Shown here: one piece after another, positions 59,900 to 64,000 of the stretch
How the letters are laid out: every line of letters starts with the position of its first letter
Numbering within the stretch: the first letter of the stretch is position 1
Source of the DNA: Candidatus Kaiserbacteria bacterium CG10_big_fil_rev_8_21_14_0_10_47_16
GTDB taxonomy: Bacteria > Patescibacteriota > Minisyncoccia > Phycocordibacterales > UBA918
Length of the DNA: 64,000 nt
Reading direction: 5' to 3'
Assembly: GCA_002773395.1 (NCBI GenBank)
Contig: PFBI01000006.1
Span: forward strand, 156,657-220,656
Position numbers and translations under genes: made by a program
Notes under the pieces: model-generated
What the model saw: only the letters and a program-made list of their open reading frames with translations
Told to the model about the DNA's origin: nothing
The model's database searches: none

Positions 59900-60022
59900 C
59901 TAATTCTCTAAACGAGATGAGATGCGCGGCGTCGACGAACGAAGCTTCGAGGCGTACTTTGTCGTACGACGAGAAACTTCGTGAGGAAGACAACAAAGCA
60001 GGTCGCTCGTTTAGAGAATTAG
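59900..60022. repeat. MITE-like element: perfect 17-bp terminal inverted repeats (ctaattctctaaacgag / ctcgtttagagaattag) enclosing 89 nt, in the leuS-clpB spacer, overlapping the leuS stop codon
   Basis: Arms at 59900-59916 and 60006-60022 are exact reverse complements; the leuS stop TAA lies at 60011-60013. Confidence 0.45.
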
Positions 60023-62365
60023 ATTTAGGATTTTGCCCGGCTTATAAATGATTTTCTTAATCTCCTCTTTTTCAAGACGCTCTACGAGTGATTTACTTTC
60101 ACGAACTGCAGCGAGCGCTTCTTCTTCGGTTGCGTCTGGTGCAATCGTGATATCACCACGTGATTTTCCGTTTATCTGCACACCAATGGTGACGACATCA
60201 TCTTTTGCAAGCGCCGCATCGTACTCTGGGAATGACTGACGGTGAATCAATTCGCTCTCTCCTGCCTCGTGCCACAACTCTTCGGTGAGATGCGGTGCAA
60301 ACGGCGCAAGGAGCGTGAGGAATATTTTGTACGTTGTCTCTGTAACTCCTTCTTTCTCCGCAACGTTGAGGAAGATCATCATGCTGCTGATTGCGGTATT
60401 GAATTTGAAGGCTTCGATATCGTCACGGACTTTCTTGATTGTCTTGTGGAGTGTGCGGGTTACCTCTTCAGAATCAGAGTCGACAATATGACCCCCAAGA
60501 CCATTCACTCTCTCGAGGAATCGTTGCGCACCCACAATACCATCTGAGCTCCATGCGATCGTATTCTCAAAAGGACCCATGAACATTTCGTATACACGAA
60601 GTGCATCGGCACCATTTCGTTTTACGATATCGTCTGGATTGATGACGTTCCCCCATCGCTTCGACATCTTCTTTCCATCTTCTGCAAGAATGAATCCGAG
60701 GAATTCAAGTCGCTGAAATGGTTCAATCGTATGCACAACGCCGAGGTCGTAAAGGAACTTGTGCCAAAATCGCGCGTAGATAAGGTGGCGTACCGCATGA
60801 TCTCCTCCAACGTACACATCGACGGGCGCCCACTTCTTTTCTTTTTCTGGGTCAATGAGTGCTGCATCGTTTTTCGGATCAATGAAACGGAGGTAGTACC
60901 ACGATGAACCTGCCCACTGCGGCATCGTGTTTGTTTCTCGCTTCCCTGCGCCGCCACACTTCGGACACTCAACGTTCACCCACGCATCAATATTCGCGAG
61001 TGGTGATTCGCCTGTTCCTGTTGGCTCATAGTGCTCTACGTCAGGAAGAGTAACCGGAAGTTGATCTTCTGGCACAGGTACCACACCGCACTTCTCACAG
61101 TGAATCACTGGAATTGGTTCCCCCCAGTAACGCTGGCGTGAAAACACCCAGTCATTGAGACGATACGTACTCGTCATCTTTCCACCAACCTTTGCGGTGA
61201 TTGCAGCCTTCGCTTCTTCAGAATTCATGCCATTGAATTCACTAGACTCAACCAGTGTGCCTGCTTCATCCACTACTGTCTTAATCGATAGATTAAATTT
61301 TTCTGCAAATTCATGGTCGCGCTCGTCATGCGCTGGGACTGCCATAATCGCGCCCGTACCATACCCAGCAAGAACGTAATCGGCGATGAACACGGGAATC
61401 TCTTCTCCGTTTGCAGGATTCGTTGCGGTTATTCCCTCAAGCTTCACACCTGTCTTTTCTTTCGTCGCGTTGAGACGGTCTTGTTCACTCTTTTCTTTAC
61501 TTAGTACGATATATCGTACTACCTCGTCCCAATTTTGGATTGTATCCTTCAGTTCTGTAATAAGTTCATGTTCTGGAGCAAGTACAAGATATGTAGCACC
61601 AAAGAGCGTGTCGGGGCGTGTAGTAAATACTTTTACCTCTTCTCCTGTAGAGAGTTTGAATGTTATTTCAGCACCTTCACTCCGTCCAATCCAATTGCGC
61701 TGTGCTTCTTTGATATGTTCTGGCCACTGTGTAAGTGTGTCTAGGTCAGCAAGCATTCGGTCTGCGTAGTCGGTAATCTTAAGTACCCACTGGCGCATCG
61801 GCTTCTTTTCTACTGCACTTCCACAACGCTCGCACGTACCATCGCTCTCAAGGTCTTCGTTTGCAAGACCTGTCTGACATGATGGGCACCAGTTGATTGG
61901 TTCATGCGATTCATATGCAAGACCTTTTTCAAGGAGCTTCAGAAAAATCCACTGCGTCCACTTATAGTACGCAGGGTCAGTCGTATTTATTTCACGTGTC
62001 CAATCGTAGTTGAAGCCGAGGTGTGCAAGCTGCGCTTTGAAGTTTGCAATGTTTTTCTCTACGGCATCGCGTGGATGGATTTTGTTTTTGATCGCAAAGT
62101 TCTCTGCAGGAAGTCCGAACGCATCCCAACCCATCGGATGCAAAACCTCATAGCCCGACATTTTCTTAAAGCGAGAGTAGACGTCGGTTGCGATGTAGCC
62201 CTTCGGGTGCCCAACATGGAGCCCTTCCCCTGATGGGTACGGGAACATATCGAGAACGTAGACCTTTTCTTTATTAGAGGAGTCGTCTGTCGTATACAAG
62301 TCACTGTCGCGCCATGCTTCCTGCCATTTCTGTTCTATTTCAGCGTGATTAAATTTCTTATGCAT
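60011..62365 (-). CDS. leuS: leucyl-tRNA synthetase
   Basis: 784 aa, HIGH (HVGH) and KMSKS (KMSKR) motifs, CP1 editing domain. Confidence 0.95.
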   Translation of the reverse strand: MHKKFNHAEIEQKWQEAWRDSDLYTTDDSSNKEKVYVLDMFPYPSGEGLHVGHPKGYIATDVYSRFKKMSGYEVLHPMGWDAFGLPAENFAIKNKIHPRDAVEKNIANFKAQLAHLGFNYDWTREINTTDPAYYKWTQWIFLKLLEKGLAYESHEPINWCPSCQTGLANEDLESDGTCERCGSAVEKKPMRQWVLKITDYADRMLADLDTLTQWPEHIKEAQRNWIGRSEGAEITFKLSTGEEVKVFTTRPDTLFGATYLVLAPEHELITELKDTIQNWDEVVRYIVLSKEKSEQDRLNATKEKTGVKLEGITATNPANGEEIPVFIADYVLAGYGTGAIMAVPAHDERDHEFAEKFNLSIKTVVDEAGTLVESSEFNGMNSEEAKAAITAKVGGKMTSTYRLNDWVFSRQRYWGEPIPVIHCEKCGVVPVPEDQLPVTLPDVEHYEPTGTGESPLANIDAWVNVECPKCGGAGKRETNTMPQWAGSSWYYLRFIDPKNDAALIDPEKEKKWAPVDVYVGGDHAVRHLIYARFWHKFLYDLGVVHTIEPFQRLEFLGFILAEDGKKMSKRWGNVINPDDIVKRNGADALRVYEMFMGPFENTIAWSSDGIVGAQRFLERVNGLGGHIVDSDSEEVTRTLHKTIKKVRDDIEAFKFNTAISSMMIFLNVAEKEGVTETTYKIFLTLLAPFAPHLTEELWHEAGESELIHRQSFPEYDAALAKDDVVTIGVQINGKSRGDITIAPDATEEEALAAVRESKSLVERLEKEEIKKIIYKPGKILNLIL

Positions 62366-62395
62366 ACGAGTATAGGTGAAGGTTCATTATAAAGA

Positions 62396-62436
62396 AAAGA
62401 GCCGCGAGAATCAAAGATTCTCGCGGCTCTTTTCTC
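62396..62436. terminator. terminator hairpin
   Basis: aaaagagccgcgagaatc-aaag-attctcgcggctctttt. Confidence 0.65.
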
Positions 62437-62439
62437 ATC

Positions 62440-63438
62440 CTACGGATCAGTCCTGAAATCATCTACCGGGGCACACTCGAGCACATCGTCACCATCATCG
62501 TACTGAACGCAGAGCGTAAAGTAGTATCGTTCATTGTTGTCGAGACCATTAAGGGTCATCGTGTAGCTTCGACTTCCATCGAGACTGCTGTCGACACGCT
62601 CTTTCTGAAGATCATCTCCATCCTCGTCTAGATCGTTGTACGTATCATAATCTTGCGCAATATCTTCAACCTGACTTTGATCTTGTCCATACACGAAGAA
62701 GACGATGCCGTTATCAAAATCGTTCATATCCACACGTCCCCGCAATTCTGCTCGTCGATCAGTCACATTACGCGCAGACTCAATCGTTACATCTGGATCA
62801 TCGTTCCGACTACTTCCACTGCCGTCGGTTTGGAAGTTTCGTATAGCACCGTAATCGAGTCGTCCTGACTCATCTTCACCTATAGCGCGGAAGTAGTATC
62901 GCTCGTTGCGATCAAGATTTGTAATACGAACACTGTATGTGTCGTCGTTATCGTTATACCGAATATGTGACGTGGTTCGATTTAAATTATTTTGGTTTGT
63001 CCCCCACTCAAACCACGCGTATGCATATCGGTCTGAATTGAAATCAATACTCCCGCGAAGTCTCGCCTCATCACGATCAATATTCGTTGCCGAGAGTGTG
63101 GTAACGTCGATGTCCGAATACCCACTGTACGTAACTCCTGCCACTTGGCCGCAGAGCCCTGCACTGCAGAGTGACGCAAGCTGTGCCTGCAACTGCCGCA
63201 ATACGGCGAGAAGATACTCAACCTGCGATTGATTCGTATACTGATTCTGCGGTACATACTGATATTGGTAGTACGTTTGTACCGGCGTAGTGTATGGCGA
63301 TGTATACCCTGGCGTCGTGTAGTAATAGTAGTACGGCGTCTCTACCGCCGCATGAACGGGAACACTGCCAAAAAAGACTGCTGCGACAAGTGCTCCAACA
63401 ACGCTTATAACCACCTTTTGTACTGAGAGTGTATCCAT
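62440..63438 (-). CDS. hypothetical secreted protein with Tyr-rich N-terminus and two or three internal ~100-aa beta-rich repeats (Fn3-like?)
   Basis: Signal peptide, YYYYYTTPGYTSPYTTPVQTYYQYQY, repeated blocks ...ATNIDRDEARLRGSIDFNSD.../...ARNVTDRRAELRGRVDMND... ending ERYYF. Confidence 0.45.
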   Translation of the reverse strand: MDTLSVQKVVISVVGALVAAVFFGSVPVHAAVETPYYYYYTTPGYTSPYTTPVQTYYQYQYVPQNQYTNQSQVEYLLAVLRQLQAQLASLCSAGLCGQVAGVTYSGYSDIDVTTLSATNIDRDEARLRGSIDFNSDRYAYAWFEWGTNQNNLNRTTSHIRYNDNDDTYSVRITNLDRNERYYFRAIGEDESGRLDYGAIRNFQTDGSGSSRNDDPDVTIESARNVTDRRAELRGRVDMNDFDNGIVFFVYGQDQSQVEDIAQDYDTYNDLDEDGDDLQKERVDSSLDGSRSYTMTLNGLDNNERYYFTLCVQYDDGDDVLECAPVDDFRTDP

Positions 63439-63517
63439 ATATACATCATACCCCCGCATGAAGTGCGGGGGTATTGACATACACTGCTTTAAAAAGCCTG
63501 TTTTCTAAGCGGAGAGA

Positions 63518-63937
63518 CTATAGCGGCGCTACTGTTCGTTCAAAGCATGTCTCTCCTACACCGTGATCCCAGTTGTATGGATTGACGATACCGCCCTTTT
63601 CCATCATTGGTGATGCAATTGAACGAGACTGATCCGTAGATTCTGCGGCAAACGTTGCGCATAACTCAAACGTTGTATTACTCATACGTTCATAGGTGTA
63701 CGCAGCACGTCCCTCAGGCGCTACCGGCGCACTCACCTCGGTATACACCTCAGTAAGTGAGACTGGAAGAGCTGCGTTCACTCGGTAATAATCCTCTATA
63801 CGCCACTGTATCTCAGAAAGGTTCTGTACTTGCTGATCATCGATACGCGAGTCACGCACCTGTGATGGAGCATCGATCTGATAAAACCCAAGGACGATAG
63901 CAGCAATCGCAACAACTACTGATGCCGCACCGAACAT
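63518..63937 (-). CDS. hypothetical membrane-anchored protein
   Basis: 139 aa, N-terminal TM, no known domain. Confidence 0.4.
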   Translation of the reverse strand: MFGAASVVVAIAAIVLGFYQIDAPSQVRDSRIDDQQVQNLSEIQWRIEDYYRVNAALPVSLTEVYTEVSAPVAPEGRAAYTYERMSNTTFELCATFAAESTDQSRSIASPMMEKGGIVNPYNWDHGVGETCFERTVAPL

Positions 63938-64000
63938 CTTTGAAGCACTCTCGTGCGTATTCCAGTACCCTCGTACATCGAGTATGTAGTATTCAAGTGC

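Overview
This 64-kb window looks like a segment of a small, compact bacterial chromosome, probably from a Patescibacteria/CPR-like lineage. The lineage guess rests on a short 499-aa IF-2, truncated ATP synthase epsilon and delta subunits, a class I FBP aldolase, several TrbC/VirB2-like 'T4SS pilin' paralogs and nearly leaderless promoters. It uses the standard genetic code, since gyrA, clpB and leuS read through intact. Most genes are housekeeping and lie on the minus strand: gatC-gatA, ligA, cysteine desulfurase, infB-rbfA, gyrA, rpsA, pth, lepB, class I fba, an ABC-2 exporter, prmC, hsp20, pepF, ung, mnmA, mltG, gyrB, rpoD-dnaG, bcp, a complete F1Fo ATP synthase operon (atpBEFHAGDC), clpB and leuS. 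I found six tRNAs: Leu-TAG, Lys-CTT, Leu-TAA, Cys-GCA, Phe-GAA and Gly-GCC. The most unusual signals are mostly non-coding. Short inserts of 150-330 bp are flanked by exact duplications of the 3' end of the disrupted gene at tRNA-Leu, tRNA-Cys, tRNA-Phe and the last codons of rpoD. An ~80-nt hairpin motif with a compensatory base-pair change sits downstream of two tRNAs. Two ~100-120-bp elements with related 17-bp terminal inverted repeats look MITE-like. A ~930-bp gene-free region upstream of rpsA holds two promoter/terminator-delimited candidate sRNAs. There is also a divergent cluster of four pilin-like paralogs around an SPFH protein and a polytopic membrane protein, a Cas4-like nuclease/MGMT/UDG repair operon, an ATP-cone-Mrr nuclease translationally coupled to mnmA, and a HisRS-like paralog with a degenerate catalytic motif. 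No CRISPR array, rRNA, RNase P or tmRNA hallmark was seen.
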